Below, one piece after another: positions 49,568 through 59,427 of a stretch of 64,000 nt of DNA; the stretch's first letter is position 1, and every line of letters begins with the position of its first letter. The notes beneath the pieces were generated by a model. That model was given only the letters and a program-made list of their open reading frames with translations, ran no database searches and was not told the origin of the DNA. Source of the stretch: an uncultured candidate division Zixibacteria bacterium (GTDB lineage Bacteria > Zixibacteria > MSB-5A5 > GN15 > FEB-12). The stretch spans positions 1,567,896 to 1,631,895 of the forward strand of contig CAVTJJ010000004.1 of assembly GCA_963735035.1 (NCBI GenBank). Direction: 5' to 3'. The translations under genes were made by a program, and so were the position numbers.

Positions 49568-51187
49568 TTGGTCGTTACTCTCTGGGGCGGGCCAGGCCCG
49601 ATCCAGGCGTCCCCGCTGGCGGCTTCAGGCTACGCCGATACCACCAGTTCGGTGGCGGATTCGACTTTTCGAGAGTATTCGGGTTGGGTAATCGATTCCA
49701 TCGAGATCGACAATCACAACATTTACGATCTGGAAGGCGAACGATACCGGGGTCTGCTTTTTCGCACGGCCAATCGCCTTCACCTGGTGACGCGCCGTCA
49801 GGTCATCCGAAGGGAACTGCTGTTTAAGGTCGGAGACAAATACGACCCTGATTTGGCGGCCGAAACGGCTCGAAACCTGCGCCAGCGCTACCCGCTCAAT
49901 GACGCCTGGATCGAGGCGAAAGAACTGAGGCCGGGTTCACTCCTGGTGCGGGTGGTCACAACCGACCAATGGTCTCTTAGCGGTGGCTTGCGCTCGGCGG
50001 CTCGTGAAGCCAACGAAACCGAATATAGAATCGGGGTGGTGGAACGAAATTTCCTCGGTCGGGCGCAGTTCCTGTCTGTCAACTTCTACCTGCGCCAGAG
50101 CCTTCCGAACTACGTACAGATGCAGTATCGAGAAACGCGCTTCTTTGGCAATCCATGGTCGCTCTTTGCAACCTATCGATCTGATCCGCTCAATCGACTC
50201 CTGGGCCTGGAAGTATCTCGTCCCTACTATTCGCTTGCCCAGACTCACAGCTATCGCGCAGAAATAACGGACCAGGCGGTAGAGGGCCGTCATCTTGGAA
50301 CCGACGGTACATTGTTGGCCCGATGGATGACCCATTCCGACCGTTTCGAGGCGGTTGTCGGTTTCCGCCGGGGGCCGTCACGCCAGAAAATAGGGTTGTT
50401 CGGAAGTTACATGTACACGGCGGTGCAGACCAGGGATACGGCGAAATACTCCGACGCTCTGGACACTCTGAGGTTTCCGCTCGATTCCACCTACCATTTG
50501 CTGACCGCCGGGGCAACTTTTCAGCGTCTTGTTTATGCGACGGAGCATCGCCTGCAGAGTTTCGGCTACGTGGAAGATGTGGCGCTGGGGCCTCAGGCCA
50601 CGGTGTCTTTCGGCCGAGCCTACCTGTCGAGTTTCAACAACTACTACTACGACTTGATAAGAGGGGACGTCACTCTAACTCACAAGCTGGGGTCTAATAT
50701 CGTAACGATCGGCTATTCGCGTTCGCAGTGGCTGAAGTTCAACGAGACGATCCGCCGCCGTTCGAGTTGCGATCTGCTTTGGTACAACAATAATCTGCCG
50801 TTTCTCACGATGGTTCTGAAGAGCCACTATGAATCGGATCGAAGTGGCCTGTCGACCCCGCTGGTGCTCGGCGGCAAGACGGGACTGCGGGGCTACGAGG
50901 CCGAATACGCTGCCGGCAGTCGGCTGCATGTGATCAACACCGAAGCGCGCTTTTTCACCAATCTGGAATTGTTGTCCGTGAAGCTGGGCGGGGCTTTGTT
51001 CAGTGATGTCGGCCGCACGTGGCAGCGGAACGAAGCCATGGCGATCAACGGCTATCACTGGAATATCGGGGCCGGGCTTAGGATATCCCTCGAGCATCTC
51101 CGACGCGGCGAGATCATCCGGATTGATTTTGTTCATACGGAGTTGTCCACCTGGGAAATTTCCATCGGTACCGGACAGTACTTCTGA
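49568..51187 (+). CDS. Omp85/BamA-TamA-like outer-membrane protein with a POTRA-like domain
   Basis: TRRQVIRRELLF..GD...ETARNLR, ERNFLG, LGG..GLRGY, FSDVG, C-terminal YF. Confidence 0.8.
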   Translation: MVVTLWGGPGPIQASPLAASGYADTTSSVADSTFREYSGWVIDSIEIDNHNIYDLEGERYRGLLFRTANRLHLVTRRQVIRRELLFKVGDKYDPDLAAETARNLRQRYPLNDAWIEAKELRPGSLLVRVVTTDQWSLSGGLRSAAREANETEYRIGVVERNFLGRAQFLSVNFYLRQSLPNYVQMQYRETRFFGNPWSLFATYRSDPLNRLLGLEVSRPYYSLAQTHSYRAEITDQAVEGRHLGTDGTLLARWMTHSDRFEAVVGFRRGPSRQKIGLFGSYMYTAVQTRDTAKYSDALDTLRFPLDSTYHLLTAGATFQRLVYATEHRLQSFGYVEDVALGPQATVSFGRAYLSSFNNYYYDLIRGDVTLTHKLGSNIVTIGYSRSQWLKFNETIRRRSSCDLLWYNNNLPFLTMVLKSHYESDRSGLSTPLVLGGKTGLRGYEAEYAAGSRLHVINTEARFFTNLELLSVKLGGALFSDVGRTWQRNEAMAINGYHWNIGAGLRISLEHLRRGEIIRIDFVHTELSTWEISIGTGQYF

Positions 51188-51364
51188 AATCTGATACAAT
51201 TGCGCGCGATCTACTGTGTGATCGCATGATCGAACCGGGTCATGGGGAACGGCGTCCAGATTTGTATTGACATCGATTCAACTCTCCAATATATAGCCGT
51301 CGCCAAATACCATAGACGATCCGATACCAAGGAAGGTCTCGGACGAAGCCTGAGGGGGATTCGT

Positions 51365-51574
51365 ATGGTAGAAGGTTTTCAGTCACGGGTGTTGCTCTGT
51401 TGCGAATGCGGCGAGGAGTTTGTTTTCACCGTGGCGGCCCAGGAATATTTTACGGAACGCGGCTACACCGAAGATCCCAAGCGGTGCAAAGCCTGCTACA
51501 CACAGTTTAAGAAATCTCAGCGCTCCTCAAAGCCGGTCGCAGTGACTGCGGGCGGCGGCGAAGCCGATCTTTGA
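51365..51574 (+). CDS. Zinc-ribbon protein (CxxC...FVF...QE(Y/F)F.ERG...PKRCxxC)
   Basis: CCECGEEFVFTVAAQEYFTERGYTEDPKRCKAC; GAGGGG RBS; TTGACA-N17-TATATA at 51267-51295. Confidence 0.85.
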   Translation: MVEGFQSRVLLCCECGEEFVFTVAAQEYFTERGYTEDPKRCKACYTQFKKSQRSSKPVAVTAGGGEADL

Positions 51575-51584
51575 GGTATGCCTG

Positions 51585-51621
51585 AAAAAACAACCCCCGG
51601 TTGACTAAACCGGGGGTGTTT
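51585..51621. terminator. Bidirectional terminator
   Basis: ACCCCCGGTT-GACTA-AACCGGGGGT flanked by A and T runs. Confidence 0.7.
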
Positions 51622-51664
51622 GTGTTACCCCCTTCGGGGCAACAGGGAGTGCAGGGGGTGCGTA

Positions 51665-53413
51665 CTATTTTATCAGCATCATCTTCTTGGCCGTCTCTCC
51701 ACCCGCCGCCGCCAATCGGTAGAAATAGACCCCCGAGGCCACCGGATAACCGGCGTCATCGGTCGCGTCCCATGTCACGGATGTCATTCCCGCGTCAGCA
51801 TGCCCGTCGTACAGGGTTCTGATGTGCTGGCCTAACAAATTTACTACGTCCAGGGTGACATCCGAGGCCCTGGCCAGCTCAAACCGTATTGCCGTTGACG
51901 GGTTGAACGGATTGGGATAGTTCTGTGCCAGATTGAACTCGTTCGGCAGGACGGTAACGTCGTCTTGTACGTCTGCCGATATACCGACGATCAAGTTGGC
52001 GGTCATGGTAGCCGCGGAAGCGGATATGCCGGTGACTCCGACAAATGTACCGCCGGTCAAATAAGCGTCGGAGGACGGACTGCTGCTGCCATTGAAGGTG
52101 GTGCGACTGAGGGTACCCGGCCACGGATCGGCGCCGTCGCCATAGTCAGTAGCATTATGTTCCAGTTCAAAGAGGCCGTCGGACTGCTCCAATGCTACCA
52201 AGGCATGAGTGCCACCGGGGAGGGTTGGGTACCAGGACTGGGTGTTACCGGTCTTGGCTTCGTCGATATGCCATATGCAGAGCCCGTCTCCCGGCAGATA
52301 AGAATCGTAACCGGCCCTCTGGCGATTTTCTACCAGAAAGTATTCGCTCGATGCTGCTCCGGATGTCCAGAGGCGGAAGATCGAGCCACCGGCTTCGACC
52401 GCTCCTATTGACTGGCCGTTGCGGTTGGACGTTACGTTTACGGCTGACGCGACACCAAGTTGTATCCGGCTCCAGGCGCACGGATGTGAAGGAGATCCGC
52501 CTAAGCCCCCCGGACCACTCCAGCTTCCTGACGCCATGATGCACCAGTTGCCGATACCTCTGGAACTGTAGTCGGTATCATATAAGTCGGGAAGGCCAAA
52601 GCCGTGGAGAAGCTCGTGAGCATAGACACCGAGGGTCATGTCGCCCGGCGTGTGCCAGAACTCGGGTTGAACGGTGTACTCTCTCACGTAGACCCCGTCG
52701 CCAGTCAGTTTCGGTGTAATACCCCACTTGTGAGACCATATGTCCGTTAATCCGCCGCTCATCTCGGCTCCAGTGCCGGAGTGAATGACCAGGAGCACGT
52801 CAACATCGCCATCACCGTCGTTGTCGTACGGGCTGAAATCGACTGTGCCGTCGACCATATTCACCAGATCTTCAACCAGTTTCTGCGAGTTGTGCGGGTA
52901 GGGACTATACATGGCGTAGTTGCTGTCCACGTAGTAGGCATATGTTTGGGGAGCACGCTTCCAACCGGTGGAAGAAGGCAGATTGACGGTGATGAGGTCA
53001 ATCTGGGTGTTGGAGATTTCGTCAAAGTAATTGTGCACGGTCCCGGTGCCATTACCGAACACGAGGGTATCGAAAAACCCCGACGATACCTGCGACGTAT
53101 GATCTGAGAAATCAACCATCAGGGCCAGTACCCGGAATGGACCGAGCGCCTGGGATGCCGAGGATGGGCCTTTTGCCCGGGCCTGTAGGCCGAAACAATC
53201 CGACGGCGTGCAGATTCCGCGCGCGTGGAGTTCGGTGGTGCTGGGAAGGTCGGCGACCATGCTGCCGGAAGCCCGCGCCTTGGCGCGAGCTTCGAGAAGG
53301 CTCGGGCTGGGCGATACGGCCATAGTAGTCGTGGCCATTATCGCTATTGCGGCTGTTCCAACGATGGTGCGGAACCATCGTCCGCGAAATCGATCAGCTA
53401 GATTACGAAACAT
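51665..53413 (-). CDS. M6 (immune inhibitor A) family metalloprotease with C-terminal sorting domain
   Basis: HELLHGFGLPDLYD, WCIMASGSW, EYFLVENRQ; QNYPNPFNP...SGVYFYRL...KKMMLIK. Confidence 0.9.
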   Translation of the reverse strand: MFRNLADRFRGRWFRTIVGTAAIAIMATTTMAVSPSPSLLEARAKARASGSMVADLPSTTELHARGICTPSDCFGLQARAKGPSSASQALGPFRVLALMVDFSDHTSQVSSGFFDTLVFGNGTGTVHNYFDEISNTQIDLITVNLPSSTGWKRAPQTYAYYVDSNYAMYSPYPHNSQKLVEDLVNMVDGTVDFSPYDNDGDGDVDVLLVIHSGTGAEMSGGLTDIWSHKWGITPKLTGDGVYVREYTVQPEFWHTPGDMTLGVYAHELLHGFGLPDLYDTDYSSRGIGNWCIMASGSWSGPGGLGGSPSHPCAWSRIQLGVASAVNVTSNRNGQSIGAVEAGGSIFRLWTSGAASSEYFLVENRQRAGYDSYLPGDGLCIWHIDEAKTGNTQSWYPTLPGGTHALVALEQSDGLFELEHNATDYGDGADPWPGTLSRTTFNGSSSPSSDAYLTGGTFVGVTGISASAATMTANLIVGISADVQDDVTVLPNEFNLAQNYPNPFNPSTAIRFELARASDVTLDVVNLLGQHIRTLYDGHADAGMTSVTWDATDDAGYPVASGVYFYRLAAAGGETAKKMMLIK

Positions 53414-53434
53414 CACACACACTCCCTTTGCACT

Positions 53435-54736
53435 CTAGAAAGTGATTCCGGTAGATACTGATACGTTAGCGCCTTTGGCCGAGTAGACAGACATGGTGCT
53501 GCCCGTGACCACGGCGGCGTCCAGGTAGAAGCCGAAGAAGTTCAGGCCGGAGCCGAACGAGAAGGCCGTAGCACGATCACCGCCCATGCCGTAACCGGCA
53601 CGCAGAGGCAGAAATCCCAGGAGACGGTATTCGGCGCCTAAAGCCACGCGCGGCTTAGTGGAAGTGCCCGGGGCGGCGCGGAATCCCTGAGTCCAATCCA
53701 ATGCCCAAAGGAGTTTGCCCGAAGTGTGGGCGAAACCGACGTTCATTACTGCCGGAAGCGACGTGGTGAAAGACGGTATGTCGATCGTATAGTCATCCGA
53801 CGTGACGGCATCGCCATTGAAATCATCTACCGTGGTCGAATCGAACTGGAAGATGTAACCTCTTTCCTCGGGTTTGTTGCTCCATTTGATCCGGCTGACC
53901 ACGTTCTCTATCCTCACGCCGGCGGTGTAGCTGTTATTCAGTTTCAGGGCCGCACCGACGTCCACGCCATAGCCGGATCCACCGGTGGCCGTGCGCATGA
54001 TGGCTTCGCCTTCGCCCTGGAACCCAGTCTCATACGCGGCCGCCAAACCTCTTAGGCTGGTGACTTCTTCAAAGGCGATGCCTCGGATGTAGTTGCCAGT
54101 GAAGCCGATTGCCAACTGGCGCGTGGCGGACGAGTAAATCGGCATACCGAACGATAGTCCGGCAGTGGCGTAGCTGACGGCGTCGGAGTACGAACCGGTC
54201 ACGTTGAGCGTGTCCGCGTAGGCCAGGCCGTTCAGCATCAGGTCGACGATGTCGCGATTCAGATTGATGTCGGCCGCGCCTACGCCGCCGAAGCTCAATA
54301 CGAAGCTACCCAGGGCCAGGGACATGGCGGACGCTTTGACATCGGCGTCGAGGCTGAGACCTTCAGTCGGGATCTTGTCGAGGATGTCCTGCTTGTCGGC
54401 GGTCGACAGGGTAGCGCCGGTGTAGTTGTTGTAATCAGACAGCGAAAACGAGTTGTTGGTCACGCTGGCGCCGAGGGCTACGAATTCCAGACCGTACTGG
54501 CGGTAGCCATTCAGACCCAGGTTGGCCGGATTGTATTTGGCGGCATTAATGCCCTTGGCCAGTCCAGTGAAGGCGCCTCCCATGGCGGCGCTGCGCGCCG
54601 ACGAATGTACTGAAGCGGCGCCGAGGGCAAGGTCCGGTGTCGAGACGGCCAGGATAAGCGCGCAACTCGACATGAAGATAGTTACGAGGCCGTTGAAACG
54701 GCTATGCTTGAACATATTCTGCTTTCTGGTATTCAT
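53435..54736 (-). CDS. Outer-membrane beta-barrel (FadL/PorV/TraF/DUF5723-like)
   Basis: SARSAAMGGAFTGLA...YNPANLG plug; GYGVDVG, GAEY..L..LPLRAG; C-terminal F. Confidence 0.75.
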   Translation of the reverse strand: MNTRKQNMFKHSRFNGLVTIFMSSCALILAVSTPDLALGAASVHSSARSAAMGGAFTGLAKGINAAKYNPANLGLNGYRQYGLEFVALGASVTNNSFSLSDYNNYTGATLSTADKQDILDKIPTEGLSLDADVKASAMSLALGSFVLSFGGVGAADINLNRDIVDLMLNGLAYADTLNVTGSYSDAVSYATAGLSFGMPIYSSATRQLAIGFTGNYIRGIAFEEVTSLRGLAAAYETGFQGEGEAIMRTATGGSGYGVDVGAALKLNNSYTAGVRIENVVSRIKWSNKPEERGYIFQFDSTTVDDFNGDAVTSDDYTIDIPSFTTSLPAVMNVGFAHTSGKLLWALDWTQGFRAAPGTSTKPRVALGAEYRLLGFLPLRAGYGMGGDRATAFSFGSGLNFFGFYLDAAVVTGSTMSVYSAKGANVSVSTGITF

Positions 54737-54746
54737 GACATTCCCC

Positions 54747-56799
54747 TTAGAACTTGCCATCGAAGCGATAGTCAACTTCGATACGGCCTATTAAGGTGAG
54801 GTAGTCGTTGACGGTCAGCTTAATGGGCTGTCCGTTCGTATCTTCAAGAATGATCTCAGTGGCGATGTACAGCGAATCGTTCTTCAGGATATTGACATCA
54901 AGGCTGTCAATTACGACGGTTTGATATCCGGTGGAGATAGTGTCACTGGCGATGCCGCCGACAGTCGGCGCCGGCACGACGAAGATCTCGTCAATGAATG
55001 ACACTTCAGGATTGCTGACCACGGTCGCGGAGTCTCTGCTCAAATAGATATTGACCGAGGCGCCCACCGGCAGTCGGTTGATGACGTTGTATATCAAGCG
55101 AGCTTCGATAACGTGGTCCGTTACGGGGTCGAAATCATCCTGATTGATATCTTTGCTCTCGATGTCGGGCGCGATCACCGTGCGAGGGAGAATCACTTCC
55201 AGCGGCGTTTCGATCCTCACACTCGCGTGGACAAAATCGTTGTTTCTGATAGTGCCTTCGGAAACACCGTCGCCGAAGCTGGTAGTCCCGGATATCGTAA
55301 TGAGTGACGGCATCGGGGAAAGGAAGTCAGCTACGGTGGTGTCTACGATTTGTGAGACTACCGCCGCTGTCGGAGACGCGGCATCGATAGTGCCTGCGAT
55401 ATTGAGCGTCTTGCCGTTATTGCCCAGCAAAGTCAGATCAAGCTGGCCTTGCATCTGAACTCCGTTTTCGATTGACAGAGTCAGAACTGCCGACACAAGC
55501 TGCGCCGAGTCGAAACCGTCGGGAACTTCGATAGCATGCTCGGTCGGTGTCAGGGTCGTGCCGATCGAGGCGAAGACGCCGCTGACGGTATCGAACGCCA
55601 GGTTGCTAAGGCCGGCGTCGACTATGAATTGCTGCGACTGGTCTATGGTGACCTGCTGAGGAGCCGTACCCGGAACGCTCGCCGCTACCTGGACCTGAAT
55701 TTCCTGCGGCAGAGAAGAGTCGGTGGGTATCAACTCGTATCCGGCCAGATCTGACATTCACCGTGCCAGATGAAATCGGACCTACCGTCCGGTGCAGAGT
55801 AAGCGGAGCGTCGTTAAGTCGAAGGTCGGGGAAAGTTATATCGAAACTGGTAGAGAGGTTGGTCTGATTGCCAATGCTCATCTGGAGATTGCCGCCAGAA
55901 AGCGTGGCCCGATAAACTAGATCGGATTCGGCCAAAGGCAAAACGTCGGAAAAATCAAGGTTCATTGCCGGTATCTCAGCGGTTGCAGCCCCCACGGTCA
56001 GATTCCCCGTGAAGCGGACGGCGGTGCTGATGTTGCGCCCTGAAGTGGACAGGACGAACCCACCGTCGGTAGATGCCGTGATCCTGACCTCGATCTGGTT
56101 TGAAATGGTGCTACCCGCCAGGTCATATATCACGGAATCCGTTCCTCCATCGGGAATTGGATTCGGGAAGGCCTGGGTTCCAATTGAGCGATTATAGCCG
56201 ATATCCCACAACTCAACGGCATCGGCGGTAATTGCGAAACCGAGATTGTTACTTACAACGACGTAGGTCTGTCCCGAGGTAATCCCGGCGCTGGTCCAGG
56301 TCGCGATATCAGGCACTAAGCTGGTGATATTGAAACCGGTCGCGGGCACATCTCCTGGGACGAATGTCGCCAGCCCGGGCACCTGGGTGATGTCCAGCAC
56401 TATCGGTGCGATGCTCGGTGCGGGGATGTCGATCTGGCCTATGGCTTGAATCAAGGAATAGGACAGGTTGCCGGTCGTCATTTCATCGGCATCCAGTTGG
56501 ACCGTATCGATGTCGCGATTGATGGAGAAGACGACATTGGAATTGGAATCGATAGCGATTCCGTCCTGGTCCATCTTGTCGACAATCTCGCTCATCGGAT
56601 AGGTGCGGTTAAGGAGCGGCAGAGTCAACTGGGTGTTCCAGGTCGGCGACTCCGGTTTCTTGACGGTGCACTGCAACACAGACAGCGCTACCACTACCAC
56701 CACGGCTGTTAGTAACAGCTTGGTGCCAAACTTGAACAGCCAGCCGCCAACCGTAAGATTGGCGTCGTCGCTGTTCCGTCGATTCGATTTTCTTGTCAT
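54747..56799 (-). CDS. Large beta-rich lipoprotein-like protein, frameshifted near 55755
   Basis: Signal ending LSVLQC; 55606..56799 frame continues as 54747..55757 if one extra base is removed. Confidence 0.65.
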
Positions 56800-56844
56800 T
56801 GTGAACCCCTGGTCTCCGTTTCAAAAGTCCTTTGGGGGGCAAAG

Positions 56845-56860
56845 TGCAAACGGGATGCCG
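56845..56860 (-). promoter_or_regulatory. Sigma-54 -24/-12 promoter
   Basis: Minus strand CGGCATCCCGTTTGCA (GG-N10-GC), 45 nt upstream of the ATG. Confidence 0.55.
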
Positions 56861-57028
56861 CCCGTTTGGATTGCGGGTAAGTGGCGAAACGCCTGTGGAT
56901 TAGGTCACTCAGTTAGTGCTGGAATTATATCTGTACGGTGGGGGACAGAGGCCTACTGTAGGAGAACGCCCATATTTGTTGACTCCGACTTTAAGCGAGG
57001 CTTATATTCGCTGCTACAGGAGACACCT

Positions 57029-57994
57029 ATGGGGATGTCCAAGTATGATCGCTTGCTCTACATATTGAATCTGCTTCGCAGTCGGAAGAGTCTGAACGCG
57101 GCGCGACTGGCGGAAGAATGCCAGGTGACTGAGCGGTCAATCTATCGCGATTTGATTTCGCTCTCGGAAGCGAATATTCCCATCTACTACGATAAGGGAT
57201 ACAAGCTGGCGTCGGGCAATTTCCTGCCGCCTCTGAATTTCACGGCCGAGGAATACACCTGTCTCCGTCTGGCGCTCGAATCAAGTCCGCTCGTTGCGGC
57301 CGGTCGGAAGGCCGATACGATCCGGCAGATCAAGGCCAAGATTGATTGCGCCCTGCCCGAAGCGACTCGGGAGTTTAACCGGGGCGCGATGACAGCCTCG
57401 CACATAGATATCGATACGACCGTCGCCGGCCGCGCGGCCGCCAAATTCTACGGGGTCCTGGAGCAGGCCGTTTCCGAGCAGGTTAGAGTCGACCTGGCTT
57501 ATGACAGCATCGAACATGGCCTCTCGCGGCGTTCGGTAGATCCCTACTTCATAGTCTTTCGAAGACACGCTTTCTATTTCGTAGGCTACTGCCACCTTCG
57601 GAACGATTTTCGGACGTTCCGAATCGATCGAGTCAAGAAAGTGTCTATAACGGCTGAAAAATTCGTTCGCAGAAAAGGACTTTCCGCCATCAGCTATTTC
57701 GAGGGTAGCTGGGGGCTTTACCAGGGTCAGCCGGTAGAGGTGGTGGTGGAATTCGAGGGGCGGGCTGCTCGAGTTGTGCTCGGATCGCGACATCATCCCA
57801 CTGAGGCGGTAGAAACGCTCGGTCCGGATCGGGTGAGATATTCCGTGACTGTCGCCGGGACTGAAGAGATAAAGAGGTGGATTCTCGGGTTCGGCCAGGA
57901 CGCAGAGGTTATTGCGCCGGAAGAACTAAGGGCAGAATTCGCAGCGACAGGTTCATACCTGATACGAACATACGGGGAAGAAGATAGCGCATAG
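57029..57994 (+). CDS. wHTH-WYL-WCX transcriptional regulator (YafY/PafB-C family)
   Basis: AGGAG RBS; RLL...VTERSIYRDL; R.VDPY...FYFVGYCHLRNDFRTFRIDR; WILGFG.DAEVIAPEELR. Confidence 0.93.
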   Translation: MGMSKYDRLLYILNLLRSRKSLNAARLAEECQVTERSIYRDLISLSEANIPIYYDKGYKLASGNFLPPLNFTAEEYTCLRLALESSPLVAAGRKADTIRQIKAKIDCALPEATREFNRGAMTASHIDIDTTVAGRAAAKFYGVLEQAVSEQVRVDLAYDSIEHGLSRRSVDPYFIVFRRHAFYFVGYCHLRNDFRTFRIDRVKKVSITAEKFVRRKGLSAISYFEGSWGLYQGQPVEVVVEFEGRAARVVLGSRHHPTEAVETLGPDRVRYSVTVAGTEEIKRWILGFGQDAEVIAPEELRAEFAATGSYLIRTYGEEDSA

Positions 57995-58030
57995 GCAGGA
58001 TGTCTGTGTTTTGAGCTGCAAATTTTTTCG

Positions 58031-58047
58031 CTGACACGCCCTGTCAG
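58031..58047. promoter_or_regulatory. Palindromic operator candidate for the WYL regulator
   Basis: CTGACA-N5-TGTCAG perfect inverted repeat between the two WYL-like genes. Confidence 0.5.
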
Positions 58048-58117
58048 TGGTGGCGGGCATGTTGGGGTTGGGACGGCGAAACCGTCCGGTACGATGAACT
58101 TCCGAGAAGGGGAGTAT

Positions 58118-58756
58118 ATGGCAAAATTGGAACGTTTGTTGGCACTGGCCCGGATGACCAAGGATCGGCGCGTCACTAATATCCGTGAGATGAGTCGGGT
58201 CTGTGGGGTGTCTCAGCGGACTGTCTACAGGTATCTGAATACTCTGGCGGATGTGAGCCTCACTGACAGTTTGCTGAGCGGCGCTGAATCTGGTATATCG
58301 ACCATCGGAAAAGATGCCTTGTCCGCCGATGATCGCTGTCTCATCCGATACGCCCTGGACCACAATCCGCTGAGCGGGCAATCGTTTTTCGCAGGTCGCT
58401 TTGGCCGCCTCGGCCTCACGCTGGCACCGACTGGGAATCCGACTGGCCGACGCTTGCGCGGCCAAGTTTTCGAAGTTGCATTGAAGAAGGCAGCGCCTTC
58501 GAAGTCACCCTGCGATCGATGGTTGACCCTGTTCGAACAGGCCCGTCTGTCGGGTAAGATGCTGAAAGTGGTTACCCGCACAACGGGAGTCGGGCATGTT
58601 CTATTGTCCCCGAACGCGATCAAGTTGAAAGGGGAAGAAGTGCAACTTCGCTTCAAAGACCCCGCTACAGGCAGGTTTACACGGTTACGGCTTGACCAGA
58701 TAGTCTCAATTCGAATCGGACCGAGTGTGCCGAGAACCCGAAGCAGGCGGCGATAG
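58118..58756 (+). CDS. wHTH protein with degenerate WYL domain, lacking WCX
   Basis: GGGGAG RBS; KLERLL...GVSQRTVYRYL; aligns by eye to the upstream WYL protein. Confidence 0.7.
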   Translation: MAKLERLLALARMTKDRRVTNIREMSRVCGVSQRTVYRYLNTLADVSLTDSLLSGAESGISTIGKDALSADDRCLIRYALDHNPLSGQSFFAGRFGRLGLTLAPTGNPTGRRLRGQVFEVALKKAAPSKSPCDRWLTLFEQARLSGKMLKVVTRTTGVGHVLLSPNAIKLKGEEVQLRFKDPATGRFTRLRLDQIVSIRIGPSVPRTRSRRR

Positions 58757-58804
58757 TCGCACAAAAAGGTTGACTTCGAAGCCGTCGAGGGGTTCTGTAG
58801 CCAG

Positions 58805-59305
58805 ATGGCTCCCATGCGCTTGAGCGAAACGGCTCAGGCCGGGCTGATCGCAGCGGCTTATGCCTTGCTCAGTCTGGTGTTCTACCCCTTGTCCTTCGGG
58901 GTCTATCAGGTGAGGGTTTCCGAAGCGCTAACGGTACTCCCGTTTCTGACTCCCGCGGCGGTCCCCGGATTGTTTGTTGGCTGTGCGCTGGCCAATCTCT
59001 TTGGTGGCATGGGGTGGCAGGACGTTGTTTTCGGGTCGCTGCTGACCCTAGTAGCCGCGGTTCTCACTCTGCTCACAGCGCGTTTGAAGGGTTTTCGCTA
59101 CGCCTGGTTGCTGGCACCGCTCCCTCCAGTGTTAATTAACGCTTTTGGCGTCTCGGTCTACCTGGCTCCGATGATCGGTGTGAGCTACTGGTTTGGGGTG
59201 CAAATGATTGGCATCGGTCAGTTGGCTTCCTGCTATTTGCTCGGAGTGCCGTTGCTGCGGGTCCTGCAAAAGCGTTCCGGTTTGTTTGGCACGCCCAAAG
59301 CTTAG
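58805..59305 (+). CDS. queT: QueT family transporter (ECF S-component)
   Basis: IAAAY...SFGVYQVRVSEALTVLP...GLFVGCALAN...DVVFGSL. Confidence 0.88.
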   Translation: MAPMRLSETAQAGLIAAAYALLSLVFYPLSFGVYQVRVSEALTVLPFLTPAAVPGLFVGCALANLFGGMGWQDVVFGSLLTLVAAVLTLLTARLKGFRYAWLLAPLPPVLINAFGVSVYLAPMIGVSYWFGVQMIGIGQLASCYLLGVPLLRVLQKRSGLFGTPKA

Positions 59306-59427
59306 TGCGACACAGTACTGGCGGAACCCTGTAGCGCCGATATTGATAATAGAAATGTCCCCTGGATTGTTGGCCTTCTGAAGTTGATCCGAGGGGGACT
59401 TGGAATTTTTGTTCAGCGGACGAGTAT

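Noticed and set aside
56603..57028. N-terminal extension of the WYL ORF in the ORF track
   Set aside because: It overlaps the opposite-strand gene; the RBS and HTH homology place the start at 57029/57035.
58757..58804. preQ1 riboswitch expected before queT
   Set aside because: Only 48 nt intergenic and no preQ1 consensus visible.
59317..59343. GCCGATAT upstream of the GlmU-like gene
   Set aside because: -10 matches, but there is no TAAA/TCAA-like -35 at 15-16 nt, so it was left out of the regulon.
59350..59400. GTCCCCTGGAT...ATCCGAGGGGGAC hairpin
   Set aside because: Single imperfect stem with no recognisable RNA family features.
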